From the human T2T-CHM13v2.0 reference genome, Homo sapiens: a stretch of DNA of 64,000 nucleotides. Shown one piece after another: positions 1 through 25,502 of this stretch (its first letter is position 1; every line of letters begins with the position of its first letter). The DNA is taken from NCBI RefSeq assembly GCF_009914755.1, contig NC_060926.1; one strand, 5' to 3'. The notes beneath the pieces were generated by a model. The model saw nothing but the letters and a program-made list of their open reading frames with translations. It was not told where the DNA came from and ran no database searches. Made by a program: the position numbers and the translations under genes.

Positions 1-222
1 CCAACCAATCAGCAATCCTGACTCACTAACTCCCCACCCACCAAATTATCTTTTAAAACTCTGATCCCTGAATGCTCAGGGAGACTAATCGAGTAATAAT
101 AAAGCTCTAGTCTCCTGCACAGCCGGCTGTGTGTGAATTACTCTTTCTCTATTGCAATTTCCCTGTCTTGAAATTGGCTTTGTCTAGGCAGCAGGCAAGG
201 CGAACTCGTTGCGGGGGGTTAC
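1..222 (+). mobile_element. LTR8 (ERV1) 3' part, truncated by window edge
   Basis: CCAACCAATCAGCA...AATAATAAA...GTCTAGGCAGCAGGCAAGG...GGTTAC resembles the recalled LTR8 3' end. Confidence 0.8.
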
Positions 223-342
223 TGGAGGATCATTTAAGGCCAGGGGTTCAAAGGCACAGTGCACTATGATCACACCTGTGAATAGTCGCTGCAATCCATC
301 CTGGGTGACATCAAGACTCGTCTCTATTTAAAAAAAAAAAAA
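223..342 (+). mobile_element. FAM (fossil Alu monomer) 3' part with A-tail
   Basis: Alu-like sequence retaining the 7SL/FAM-type segment CCTGTGAATAG before CTGCA..CCTGGG; poly(A) 329-342. Confidence 0.65.
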
Positions 343-920
<578 letters not shown>

Positions 921-929
921 AAAGGTAAG

Positions 930-1062
930 GACTATTATTATATCCATTTTACAGTTAGGGGAACTGAGGCACAGAGGTGTTAAGTAACTTGCCTTACATT
1001 ACACAGCTAGCTATAGCAAAGACAGGATTTGAACCCAGACAGCCAGCTCCAAAGGCCACATG
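930..1062 (-). mobile_element. MIR
   Basis: CCATTTTACAG..GAACTGAGGCACAGAG..AAGTAACTTGCC..GGATTTGAACCCAG core. Confidence 0.85.
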
Positions 1063-1893
1063 TTAGCCACAAAACTAGAATGCCTTGCTCTGTGGGACTC
1101 TGGGGAGTCGTGGGGTGTGGTCCTCCTCCACAGGGAACCCTGAGGGTTGCCCCCTTCAGAGGGCAGAGCAAACAGCCACCCCACTGGGAGAAAGAGCATA
1201 ATCAGACTCAATGCTGTGCGGGGAAACCGTGATTCGTTGTGGGGGAACAGCCCTGATTTGTAGCCACTTTCAGTGGTGAAAATAATTCCACCAAAGCTGA
1301 CGACACTGAACTCCAAGTTGGGCACAGAGATGCACAATCACTGGCCGCCAGCCGACTGCAACACACACCACGCACAGCTCTGTGGGGCTGAGGACTTTGC
1401 TGGGTGTCCCCAGTAGGTCCGTGGTTCTAAGAGGGCAGCTGCTTCCACCAGCGTCTGCACGACAAGCAGAAGCTTCCTTCCACTGTCTTAGGCTTTCAGC
1501 CCCACTCAGGGCCTGGACTGAGAGGACAGCCTTGCCCCTCTCCAGTTTGGTGGGCAGCACCTCGCTGGATTCTCGAAGTGGACTCTCCCCTCTCAGCCAG
1601 CCCACCCAGGGCCCCGCTTGTTTGCTAAATGCTCCACACACGGCAATCTGGATGGCACCCTGAGGCCATGGCTCTGTCTTCACAGGGACACCCCTGTCTA
1701 AGTCCACCCTTCTGGAACATGGGGGTCTCCCATTCTTTCTAGCTCAGCTAGGTATTTAACCTACTGTGGACCACATTTTATCCAGCATTTCTGTGTGTTT
1801 GAAGAGAGTGAGAATGTGTGTGAGGGGGTATGTGTGTGTGCACTGAGATAGCAGGCTTCCCACTCACTCAGTCCACCATATTTCTTAGGGTGA

Positions 1894-2364
<471 letters not shown>

Positions 2365-2382
2365 TAGTGGAGTTTATGTTTC

Positions 2383-2900
2383 CAGCCCAGCATCCAGTTC
2401 ACAGTTCACCTTCTTTTGGTAACAGCACCCCAGTTTTCCTCCTGGGAATGATTCCACTACCTTCCACAGGCCTTATGTTAGGGTGGGGCCGCACCCCCCC
2501 GCAACCACATCAGGAGTGGTTGCATGACCCAGGCCTGAGCAATCAGGATGCTGTAGTAATTGCTTCTGAGACACGCCAGGAGCCCACGAGCCTGTCCCGA
2601 GATTTGCCGAAACCGCAGGGGACCAGCATCTCTTTGAACTGGCCTGAGCTGTTAGGAAGGATGCCTGGAGCGCTAGCAGCCTCCGCATGGAGGAAATCCC
2701 CCTGAAAATCTAGCCATCAATGACAAAGGGAGCAAAGAGAAGAGAAAGAACCGAATCCCTGACAGCGTCATGAGCACCTGCTGTGTAGACCCTTTCCTCC
2801 AGGCTTTACAGGTTCCTGTGAGCCAAGAAATTTCTTGATTTTTGTTATTTTTGCAGAAGTCAATTTGATTTGGGTTTCTATAGCTTCCAGCTGAAAGAGT
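2383..2900 (+). mobile_element. MLT1 (ERVL-MaLR, MLT1K-like) LTR
   Basis: TGGTAACAGCACCCCAG...CATGACCCAGGCC...GTGAGCCAAGAAATT...TTGGGTTTCT..CTGAAAGAGT motifs. Confidence 0.55.
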
Positions 2901-2954
2901 ATGGGCAAATAAATACACATAGTGTGCATAAAATATTGCATCCTGCTTTTTAAA

Positions 2955-5469
<2,515 letters not shown>

Positions 5470-5743
5470 TAAAAGTAGGAAAGTTTTTAACTAAGATGGA
5501 GAAAACTTTCATATATATTTTATTTTGTATTTTATTTATGTACAGAATATATCTAAAATATATATTGTCCACATAACAGAATAAATATATTTTGTTCTAT
5601 ACTGATCTCATTTAATATTTATTTACAAATAAATAATCCTTTATTTTTTGTTCCCCAATTTTAATAAATCTCTCTGCCTTTGACATCAGTGCCTATTCAT
5701 TCCACTGTAGCCTTCCTTGGGCACGATTTTCAAGCATATGAAA

Positions 5744-7084
<1,341 letters not shown>

Positions 7085-7154
7085 TCATATATAGGTTTTT
7101 ATTTCCTGGGTAAAGATAGGGAGCGGGGAGAACTTTCTAACTAAAAGCAGGGAG

Positions 7155-7270
7155 CTGTGTGGGGTGTGGGGCTTTGGAGTCAGGCAGATGCCACTGACCT
7201 TGCTATGTGCTTGGCTTCTCTAAGCCTCAGTTTCCTCATCTGAAAAATGGGGAAATAACCCCTGCCCAGC
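7155..7270 (+). mobile_element. MIR
   Basis: GCTTTGGAGTCAGGCAG..AAGCCTCAGTTTCCTCATCTGAAAAATGGGG. Confidence 0.8.
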
Positions 7271-7372
7271 GTCAGGCCTACTGACACTCAGTGCCATATG
7301 CTACTCTTGATTGTTTAGGACTGGAAGATATTCAAGCAAACACGGACCAACCACTTGACAGGGATCTCATAA

Positions 7373-7850
7373 CTGTTAGAATTGGATTAGGATTACGTTT
7401 AGCTGCATGTAATAGAAAACCAAAAATAATCATTTGGGCACATATAGTGTTATTTTCCCTCACATAAAGGAATTTGAGAGGTTGGCGATAGTCTGGTCTG
7501 GTGGCTGCCGGACAGCTCCAATCATGGGACCCAGGGTCCTTCCATCCTTGCTTGGTCCACCCTCTTACTGTGTGCCTTCCACCCTCAAGATTACCTAGAG
7601 GGTTGCTAGACCAGTCCTCTTGCTGGACCAAGAGGGTTGCTGTTGCTCCAGCCTTCACATTCCTGATAGGGGGAAGAGCAAAAAGATGTTAAACTCTTTG
7701 AAGGATCCTTTCTGAAGTTCGACTCAATACTTTCTGCTTACTTCTCAATGGCCAGAACATGGTCACATGTTCTTACCTACCTGCAAAGGAGGCTGGGAAA
7801 TGTGTTCTTTTAGCTAAGACACAGAGGCCCTGAATAAAATCAGGGTCCTG
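7373..7850 (-). mobile_element. LTR33-like (ERVL) LTR
   Basis: GGATTAGG..TTTAGCTGC start and GGTCACATG..CTGCAAAGGAGGCTGGGAAATGT motif. Confidence 0.55.
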
Positions 7851-7859
7851 ACACTAAGT

Positions 7860-8955
<1,096 letters not shown>

Positions 8956-9459
8956 ATTGTCTGACACTAAGGAAGAAGGTCATCTGGGATGGGCAGCCAC
9001 CATTCTCTCCAGGACTCCTTTACAAGCTACAGGCTGTACTCATCGGCCCCTCACACTCCAACAAGCCTGGGTTTGCCCTGTGACCTCTGAGGTGGCGGCA
9101 GGGTATCTGCGGGGAAAATAAACACTTAGTGAGCAAGGAGCCTGGTGTCAGTAGTGCCGCCAGCCTCAGAGGGTTAAGGTGGAGGCTGGCTGGGCGGAGT
9201 CAGTAAAAGGAGTGTGAAGGGAAGGCCTGATCCTGGGAGAGGTGGAGGAGGGAGGGAGCCAGCCCGGAGAGGCAGCAGGATAGAGGACAAGGGCAGAGAG
9301 TTTCAGGGAGGGGAATTTTCCATACACTCATGACCATGCTGCTGATGGTGCAGCCCAGCACTGGCAGCAGCTGTCACCTGCTGGTGTGGTGGAACCGGTT
9401 CTAATGGGAGGCCTCTGTCCGCATCTGCCAGCATCATTACCATGCCAGTCATTAGATAT

Positions 9460-10989
<1,530 letters not shown>

Positions 10990-11265
10990 TGAGGCACCAG
11001 TGTAGACAGAGAGGTGCCAGGAGGGGTCCCTTATAAACACTGTTCTAAATCAACATCTGCATCCCTTCTCATTTGTCAGAGTCACAGCTGTCACTCCTCC
11101 TGTGTCCCTGTGGTTGTACTTGCCCCTGTGCACACGCCTCCAGCCCTTTCAAGAACATTTGTCATTTTTTCCCTATGTACCTGCAAAGTTGGCAACAAAC
11201 TGTCCCATAGACTTAGCCCACTTGGAAGGCTGCTCCAGAAGCTCAAGACCCTTGCTCTATGGGTA

Positions 11266-11308
11266 CCTGTGACATCACCAGTGGCCACAGTCCCTTGTGA
11301 CCTCACCA
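11266..11308 (+). promoter_or_regulatory. Tandem CRE-like elements upstream of TEX44
   Basis: TGACATCA (11270-11277) and TGACCTCA (11298-11305), both in the context TGTGACNTCACCA, 125-160 nt upstream of the ATG. Confidence 0.55.
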
Positions 11309-11380
11309 CTTGGACAACTCAGCCCAGCTGGGTTGCAGCCACTCCCTCCAACCGCCACAAGCAGCAAAGGGCATAGATGA

Positions 11381-12616
<1,236 letters not shown>

Positions 12617-12730
12617 AGCCCTGCACAGGGACCCCCGAAGGGCTGGTTCAGTGGCCTCCAGAGATCCCTGGGACCCTCACGCCCTGCTCCCTTGCCCATT
12701 CTTGCTCTGGACGGTTCCCCCAGCCCATGC

Positions 12731-12736
12731 AATAAA
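12731..12736 (+). terminator. Polyadenylation signal of TEX44
   Basis: AATAAA ~115 nt after the stop codon. Confidence 0.75.
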
Positions 12737-13044
12737 TCACCAGTGAGCATTTATTTCTAAGCACCAGCCTCCTCCCTTGGGGTGCAGTGAGCAACACGGT
12801 GACAGGACAGGAGGGCTCGGGGTGCGGTGGAAACAGCGTCCCCTGAGGGTTTCTCAGGCTGTCCCATTCAGGGGCTGGGGGCAAACGTGCAGAGAAGAAC
12901 CTGGACAGAGCTGGAGGCAGTGTGGCGGGGGGTGTCTCAGACCTGCAAAAACCCATCCCTACTGAACCTCCACCCAGGTAAGCTCCTGAGGAGCCTTCCC
13001 AGGGGCCTAGGCTGGCCTGGCAGGCTCAAGCTGAGAGGCAGAAG

Positions 13045-13270
13045 AGGCAGTGCAGTTGACAGTACTGAGTCACACCATGTGGGTTCAAACCCTAGCGCCA
13101 GCACTTGCCCTGGGCGAATCACGTCACTCTCAGCCTACTCAGCTGTAGAAAGGAGAGAATAAATCCATACCATGACACTGTTATAAGACAGAAGGGAAGC
13201 GATGCAGGCCATAATGCATGGTGTCTGGCACTTGATAAGCCCACACATGGTGGCTGCCATTATCATTATC
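13045..13270 (+). mobile_element. MIR (degenerate)
   Basis: GGGTTCAAACCCTAGCGCCAGCACTT.. and 3' GTGTCTGGCACTTGATAAG. Confidence 0.6.
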
Positions 13271-13309
13271 CTCCGGTGAGCTGGGGGTGCAGAGGGAGCA
13301 GGAGTCTAA

Positions 13310-13420
13310 GCAAACCGACTGTCCTGGTTTGCCTCAGACTAAGGGGGTTTCTGGGTTGTAGGACTTTCATATTTAAAACCGGAAAACCCCAGGCAAACTA
13401 GGATGAGTTGCTCACCTTAG
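13310..13420. mobile_element. MER94-like hAT MITE
   Basis: Imperfect terminal inverted repeats CTGTCCTGGTTTGCC ... GGCAAACTAGGATGAG..TCACCTTA. Confidence 0.6.
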
Positions 13421-13719
13421 ACCCAGGTCTCTTTACGTGGTATTTACTCTTGTCTGTGAAGATATGCATCTGGGAAAGCATTAGCAAGGCCCGGCCTTGA
13501 GTGCAGCGATGGGGCAGCCATCTGCTTCGGAAGCTGTCAGCCCACCCTCTGGCTAGACCCTGTGGAGCACCCGGTGGTATGACCTGGTGAGTGATGCCCC
13601 TGCTGGATGTCCGCTCCAGCCCCACCCTTAGCCAAGTGCCCTCAGCAGCTCTCACCTGCATGCCTTCATGTGCGGCCCTGGCCACAGATGGTTCACTAGT
13701 CCTTCCTGGTTCCCAGCAG

Positions 13720-14281
<562 letters not shown>

Positions 14282-14398
14282 TCACCAGCCCCGCCCCACC
14301 GTGCAGAAGGCTCACATGAGGAAGGGTGATACCAGGCCCCAAGGTGGATGCAAAGATGAGCCCGGTGTGCATACCTGCTTCCCTCCAGGAGCTGCCAA

Positions 14399-15598
<1,200 letters not shown>

Positions 15599-15654
15599 TC
15601 AACAAATACTTTTTAAACATCCACTATGTGCCCGGCACTGCTAGACACTGAGAC

Positions 15655-15696
15655 CACAAGGGTGAACCAGCCATCACAAGGGTGAACCAGCCATCA
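15655..15696. repeat. Perfect 20-bp tandem duplication
   Basis: CACAAGGGTGAACCAGCCAT x2. Confidence 0.95.
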
Positions 15697-16104
15697 GAAG
15701 GAACAGAAACCTAACTCAAACCAGATTAAGCAAAGAGATGAGTCAACCAGCACAACGGCCGGGTGTGGGCCAGGCCAGGCCAGGGCCAGGGCTCACCCTG
15801 GTCCTCAGGGCTCTGCCGTTCCGGCTCAGCTCCCCGGGGCTGGCCCCCTCCGTGCTCAGGCAGCTCAGTCACCTTCCGAGAAAAGAGAAGCTTGTTCCCA
15901 CTGGCTCTGGCAAGAGAGTTGGGGGAGGACGCCGCCAGGCCTGGCTTGGTGCCTGTGCCCTCCCCTGAACCAATCACTGAGGCCACGGGAATGAAATCCC
16001 TCATCACCGGGCCTGGGGCCAGGGTCAGACCAGAATTGGGGCCTTCCTAGGGGAAGGGATGCTGGGCCCACCACCAGCAGAGTGGTAGCAAGTGTGTCCT
16101 TTGG

Positions 16105-16280
16105 GTCCAGCTGTCTTGAATCCTGACTCCCTCCCACAAACTGTGTCACCTTCATCTTCCCGTGCTGTTTTCTCATCTACAAAGTGATAATAGTACCTCT
16201 GCATAAGACTGTTGTGAGGATTAAATGAGTTAATGTGTCAAGTGCCTAGAACAGTGCGTGGCACGTAGTCAAGTGCTATG
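16105..16280 (+). mobile_element. MIR
   Basis: TTTCTCATCTACAAAGTGATAATAGTACC..GTTGTGAGGATTAAATGAG..AGAACAGTGCGTGGCACGTAGT. Confidence 0.85.
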
Positions 16281-16719
16281 TGGGCCTGATGACTACTGCA
16301 GACGGGCCTGCGCAGCTGTGTGCCAGCGCATTCATGACTTCATTCCAAGGGGAGTAAACATGGGGGTGCAGCAGCTGCACATTGGCAATTACCTGAGCTG
16401 GGTCTTTGCTGTTGGAGAGAGAAGGGCAAAGGCCTGGCAGTGTGGTGATGGTGCCACCTTCGTGCAGGAGGGTGATGGGGGTGGGGGCTGCTCTATGAGG
16501 AGATGGTCCAGACCTATGGAACTCAGGCTGGCAGGGAGGGGTGGCAAAGCAAAGGGAAAGGAGACATTGCAGGTGACCAGCTGGATTGAGGGGCCAGGAA
16601 AACATGATTCCTGGGTGATTTGGGCCTGGGCAGTTAGGAGACTTGAGGTGTCCCTGACAGGTGGTGGGACATGAGGAAAGGGTTAGTGGAGGCTGGTGGG
16701 AAAGGACTGGATCATGTGT

Positions 16720-17220
<501 letters not shown>

Positions 17221-17884
17221 AGTGGCAAGCTAGCACACTTTCTCCCATCAAAGTGTTTATGAGGGGCTAGTATTAACACCTAGAAGTCACTGCTACTCAA
17301 CAAGGACAGAGCTCATGCCTAGAACAGGGAAAAGTTATGAAGTCCCACTGGAACCACACAACTCTGCCTTGCATTGCATTCTGCAGGGACAAGTTCCCGG
17401 TCCCCCAGGGGGCTGTGACAGCCACGCCACATTGGTTGCTTTGTCTCCAGGGCCCCACCACTGGCCAACTCACTCTGTGCTGCCTTGAAACCCACTCAGT
17501 CCAGTGTCTGCTGGACGGACCCTCCCTGCTAGCTCTTCTTGATCCTTCCCTCCTTGCTGTGGGGTAAACAGTTGTGTTGGCAAACCCACCTGGCAACACA
17601 TGGGGACCCCCAGGGATCCAAGTACTATATCATAACTGGGGAGGCAGTCAGAGCTGCATGCTCAGGGCCGGGGTGTCCAATACAGAAAGAAAGGGTACAC
17701 TCCAGCTCAGGATGGATGGCTGAGGAAGACATTGTAGAGTGAGAAAGCAAAAGCCCAGAGACAGGAGCTTGGGGAAAGGTCCCATCCCACAGGCAAGAGA
17801 AGAAGAGGAAGCAGTTCCTAAAACAAAACACAGGAGCAGTCGGCAAGTGGGGGTGATCTGGCCCATTATGGGGACCTGGGCTTG

Positions 17885-18852
<968 letters not shown>

Positions 18853-19399
18853 AAGGCCCCATGTGGTCCACTGCATGCAATGGATGAAAACTGAATAAGC
18901 GGGGAGCACTATTAACTGTTGAGGAGAAGCAGTTAATAGAGACAGAAGGAGGGGATAAAGAATGAGCAATAGAATAAAAAGATGGCTGTGTGTAGGGTCT
19001 CTTCTGTGTTGAGAAGTGAGGTATGACAAAGCTATAAATTCAGCCCTACAAAGCCTTGCATTTCCTCACTCAACAAATCAGGGAGCCTGGTTCTCAGTGA
19101 CTTCTTGTTTATATATGTTAGGGTTAATGTTTGAAAACAATCAGCATTTCTCTAGGATCAACAGCCATCTTTTTGGTGTGTTCTGCCAGGAGACATTGGC
19201 CAAGTAAGCTGAGGTCTGCACCAGCCAATAGGCATGGAGGCTGGACCAGGAGCCAACAGGGCAGGCACAGTGTCCTAACGCCTGAGCACAGCAGGGGATG
19301 GGCTAAGGGGAGGGCACCAACAAGTCCTGGCAGACATCAGAAGGGACACCCAGCCTAGCCGGCCTCCACCCCAAGGTTGGACTGTCCTGACCCCCTCAA

Positions 19400-19748
19400 A
19401 GAAGGCCTTGCTCCTCCAGCCGCTGGGAGCACTGTTGTTGGATAGCCTTCAGCCTCAGCTCCTGCAGAGAGCATCTCACCCAAGGTGGTGAGGTCCCAGG
19501 TGGCCCAATCCCCACAATGGTCTGTGCAGGGGTCTGAGGTCTGACCATCCTGACCCAGCTTGGGATAACCGCAGCTCCAGAGCTCCCGCGGGGCTGGCTG
19601 GGGCTGTCGTTGAGCCTGCACTACAGGCTCGACCTCTCCCTCTCCAACTCTGTCTTCATTCTGCTCCTCTTCACAGGGCGTGATCCCAAATAAACATCCC
19701 GTGTACCAAACCCTGGCTCAGGGCCTGCGTTCTGGGGAACCCAAGATA
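19400..19748 (+). mobile_element. LTR16-family (ERVL) LTR
   Basis: CAGCTCCAGAGCTCCC..AATAAACATCC..CTCAGGGCCTGCGTTCTGGGGAACCCAA end motif. Confidence 0.65.
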
Positions 19749-20283
19749 TCACCATAGGCTGCTAATTTCTCCCATCTGAGATGTGTTGTGGTGGGAGGGA
19801 TTCAAAACATAGAAAAACATCAAAGATTTTTTTTTAATGTCTCTCTTTTTTTAAAGTTAAAAATTTAAGGCAACTTTGAGAATGGTAAAGAAACCAAATC
19901 TTTGTCAGTGTTTGTACTTGCTTTGTAAGGATAATTTTTTTTTTTTAAATCTTGTCAACACACCTCTGCTGGCAGGAATGTAGGAAAATATTTCTGTTTA
20001 GTCTGTGGGCCCGTGGCTAATTGGTTAAAATTCCTATGCCACTGTAGTCTAGGTTATAGGTTTGGCTGGGTGAGGTATAGCTTCTATCAGGGAAAAGAGT
20101 GTCTCCAAAACAAAGTTCACACATAGGACAGTCCCCCAAGGAGGATGTGATAAAGTGTAGAGGTAAACGAAGTACTTAAGTACGTATTTAACTATTTAAA
20201 CGAAAGACCTCCCCAGGCTAAGAGGTAGCCCTATTTCCTAGACTGACTTGATCTTGAGCTTCCAGAGTCTCTAAGGACACAGA

Positions 20284-20302
20284 CTGCGCCCTCTGCTGGA
20301 GG
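20284..20302 (-). promoter_or_regulatory. CTCF motif (reverse orientation)
   Basis: Minus strand CCTCCAGCAGAGGGCGCAG fits the core CCASYAGRKGGCRC. Confidence 0.65.
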
Positions 20303-20329
20303 GAAGGCACCACCGGCCCATACTAGGGT

Positions 20330-21334
<1,005 letters not shown>

Positions 21335-22649
21335 TAATGCATATTTTTCAAAAACAGCATTTAACAGTGGGCATCTGACAAATGTCAGTTTTCCTTTACT
21401 GGGATTTTCCACATGATCTGTGTATTGGTGAGGAGCCTCTTAATTGAAAGTGACAGAAACCCAGCATGTAGTAGCTTAGGCACAAACCGGATTAATGGGC
21501 GAGGTAAGGAAGGGCTAAGAGGAACTGGCTATGAGGATGCTGAATAGGAACTCCCTGCTGCCAGTACTCTGTCCCCATCACTTGTGTCCTCCACCTCCCA
21601 TGGAGGTTCTTTCTCTCCGCCAGGCTTCTGCTCCTTGCAGGGACTGTGGCTCCTGGAGACTCCAGGCCCACAGGCTGCTCCTTGATAAACCAGAGAGGAA
21701 AAGTCTCGGTTTCCCCTGTTGGATCTGATCAATCCTAGGGGGAAGGACCCTGGTTGGCCCAGCCTGGATCCTGTCAGAGCAGGCTGCTCCCAGAAAGGGG
21801 AAGGAGGGGCCCAAAGCAGCCTGTCCCTTGTGGCTCCCCTAAGTCCCCCACTGCAAGGGACACTGTCCTAACCCCCATCCCTCCTATATCTGAAGGTTCC
21901 CCAGCAGATAAAAGTTGCCTTTCCCACAAAAATAGGCCAGGACTCCAGATGGGGTCCGATGTTTGCCTAATGCCACACAGAGCCCACACCTAGGTTCTGG
22001 GACCCGGGGTATGCCTCCCACAACACACAAACTTGCCTGTGAATGCCCTGCACACAACCAGAACCTTCCTTTAAACACGTGCTTTGGAAAGAGCAAGGCA
22101 CTCAGATCTTTCTGTACTCATCCCCCCAACCCCATGGATTCAAATATATTCCTTTGCATCTCTAAATTTTAAATGTCAAACAATGAGGAAATAGAATTCA
22201 CCTAAAATTCTGCCTTGGCTACTCACCTCCTGTATTTTATTAGTACTTTTCAAAATACAGTCTTTGGGGAGGAAAAACACCTCCCACCAATGGGCTCACC
22301 ACACTGAACTTGAACAAGGCACTCAGGGTCCCTCAGTAAGAGATGGTTAGGATTACCCCAGCAGCAGATGGGTAAGTCGAGGCACAGCAGGGCAGGGGCA
22401 TGGTGGCCGATTGCCGGTGGCCCCTGCGCAGGTTCTGGGCCTTGCGTCCCAGTCTGGGTTCTGGCTTCAGCACTTTATATTCTGCTGCGGCGGGAACAGC
22501 CTAAGAACAGAAACTTGGAGGTGGTCAGTGCAGACCCTTCTGGCCCCAATGCCCTCTTCACCCAGGGGTGGCCTGGCCTGGCCTGACTGCCCCGACTGCC
22601 CCCAACCCCAGGCAGCGGTGGAGGAGAGGGATGTCACACAGCACAAACG

Positions 22650-23700
22650 CCGGCGGAGGGGCCACAGGAGTGGGGAGAGCAACCAGGGATGAAGCAGAGT
22701 GGGGTGCGCAGGCCTCGCGTCTCCTCCCCCAGGGCAGGTGGCCAAGCTCAGAGATTTCCTGGGTGATTAGGGGGAGGGGCGCGAAAACGCCCCTTGCTGC
22801 CACCTGCTCCTTGTTGCCAGAGCAGGAACCCAGGTTGGGGCTTGGGGAGCAAATGAGGCTGGGACAGAGCACGGGGCAGTCAGATGGGGTGAGGCGAACA
22901 AAGGCCTCTCTCTGCGAGAGAAATCCCGACTGGCTGCGGGGCGCACTCAGGCCACAATGGGGCTTTCTCCGGCCACAGGCGGCCCGGCCAGCCTGAGGGC
23001 AAGGCAGGGCGTCTGCGCTGCCGCGGGCCAGGCGGCACCGCTTCCGCGAGGGAAGAGCAGCTCCCGTGTCGGGGCCGGAGCTGGGGCCGAGGCTCCGAGG
23101 CGGGACCAAGGGCGCGGGTGGCCGACGGGGCCTGCAAGACCGGCCGAGCACCCCCAGCCCCAGCCCGGCCCCAGCCCGGCCCGGCCCAGCAGGCCCTGCC
23201 CCGCCGTCTCCATGGCGACCGTGACCTCAACGCCTGGGCGGGGAGGGAGAGGCTGAGCCGGTTGCTACGCGACGGCCCAGTGACGTCAGACAATTGAGTT
23301 TGGTTCCCAAGGCAACTGGCCGGGCAGCTGGGCCGGGAACTATTTGTGTCTGTCCCCAGAGGGGCTGCGGAGCCTCCAGGGTCTGGCGCAGCTGAGGAAA
23401 TGCGCTCCTGGCCCGGGGCAGGCGGGGGCCGGGACACAGAGGCCCTTTCAGCCCCGGGAGGCTGCGGGCCCGGGCGGGGCGGGGCGGCACCCTCCAGGAG
23501 GACGCCCGGCCTTCTCCCCACTTCTGCCTGGGAGGCCCCTGGCCCGCCGGGCTTTGTCCTATTTATAAACGTGCTCCTGAGTAAACTCCCTGAAGAAAGG
23601 GGCCTCTGTGTGCGGCAGCCCGGCCCACAGCGCCGCCCTCAGCACACAGTAGGCGCTCAGCATGGCCTTCTCATGGGACTGAGGACAAGCACCGATCCTT
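22650..23700. promoter_or_regulatory. Orphan CpG island 1 with RFX X-boxes, CRE and GC boxes
   Basis: Dense CpG and repeat-free; GTCTCCATGGCGAC 23206, GTTGCTACGCGAC 23261, TGACGTCA 23281, GTTCCCAAGGCAAC 23303, GGGGCGGGGC ~23477. Confidence 0.8.
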
Positions 23701-24725
23701 GGGAGCTGCCAGGCGCCTCCAGCACCCAGAACCCCTGACATCGAGCGCCTGGACACCTGTTCCCGAAGCCCTGTGAGCTGATGGGCTACGTAACCTCTGG
23801 GCCGCAATGCTAGAATAAAATGCATGGACACTTGTTCCAAAACGATGGAGGGACGGTGTGGGAAACAGGCCCCAGCCCTGTCGACTGAGGGTGAATGCAC
23901 GAGTGAAAGTGACAATACATGGGTAAACTGAGGCAGGCGGCATCAGCCGTAGAGGAGAGAGGATGAGGTTCCAACCTGGGGTGTAAGAGAAACAAGATGC
24001 TACAGGAGCAGAAGGGCCATCAGCTGTGCTAAGATAAAGCAGGGACCTAAATTTGGGCCTGAGAGCTGGTCCAGGCCTGCCAGTGGCAGTGGCTCAAGAC
24101 GTGGGGCGCTGTGACTGGGTCTCAGACCCAGTGATGCCACCAACCCAGGCTTCTCCCAGGCTCCTCCCCCAGTAGCACTCTGTCACTACAGGGTGACATC
24201 CAGGCCCTTCACGATCTGTCTCCAGGGAGCCACCACCTCCCCCAGCCCAACAGGCCAAGCACTGACATCCAAACCAACTGACTACCCAGGAGCCTGGGCA
24301 TGCTTTGTCCGTCTGGCCCAGGGAGGCATCTGCCCATCCCTGTGAATAGCAGCGTCTCTCCTCAACAGTCAGTGACTGCCTTCTGACAGCCTGACCAGGG
24401 GGTCTGAGTGCGAGAGGCATCTGGCATCTCTGAAAAAGCAGCTCCAGCCTGGCTTCCAGGGCAGGGACTCTCCACTGCCAGATCTGCAGACTCTCCACCA
24501 CCAGGGCGCCTACTGCAGTTGGGAAAAGCCTCAGATCTATGTCCTCTCCTGTCTGGGTGGAGCAGGCACCATGATCCCTGTTTCATGCACAAGGACATTG
24601 ATGCGCAGGGACTACAGGACTTGTCCAAGGATGCACCCGAGCCCACGTCCCACCTAGGTTCCCCAGTCTCTCCCAGACAATCCCTCAGAAAACAGTCCTG
24701 GGCCCAGGAACCAGAGCTGCTGAGC

Positions 24726-25502
<777 letters not shown>

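Noticed and set aside
223-342. 7SL RNA pseudogene
   Set aside because: Lacks the 7SL S-domain; better explained as a FAM monomer.
22558-23738. 130-213 aa ORFs across CpG island 1
   Set aside because: Same GC-composition artefact; no homology recognised.
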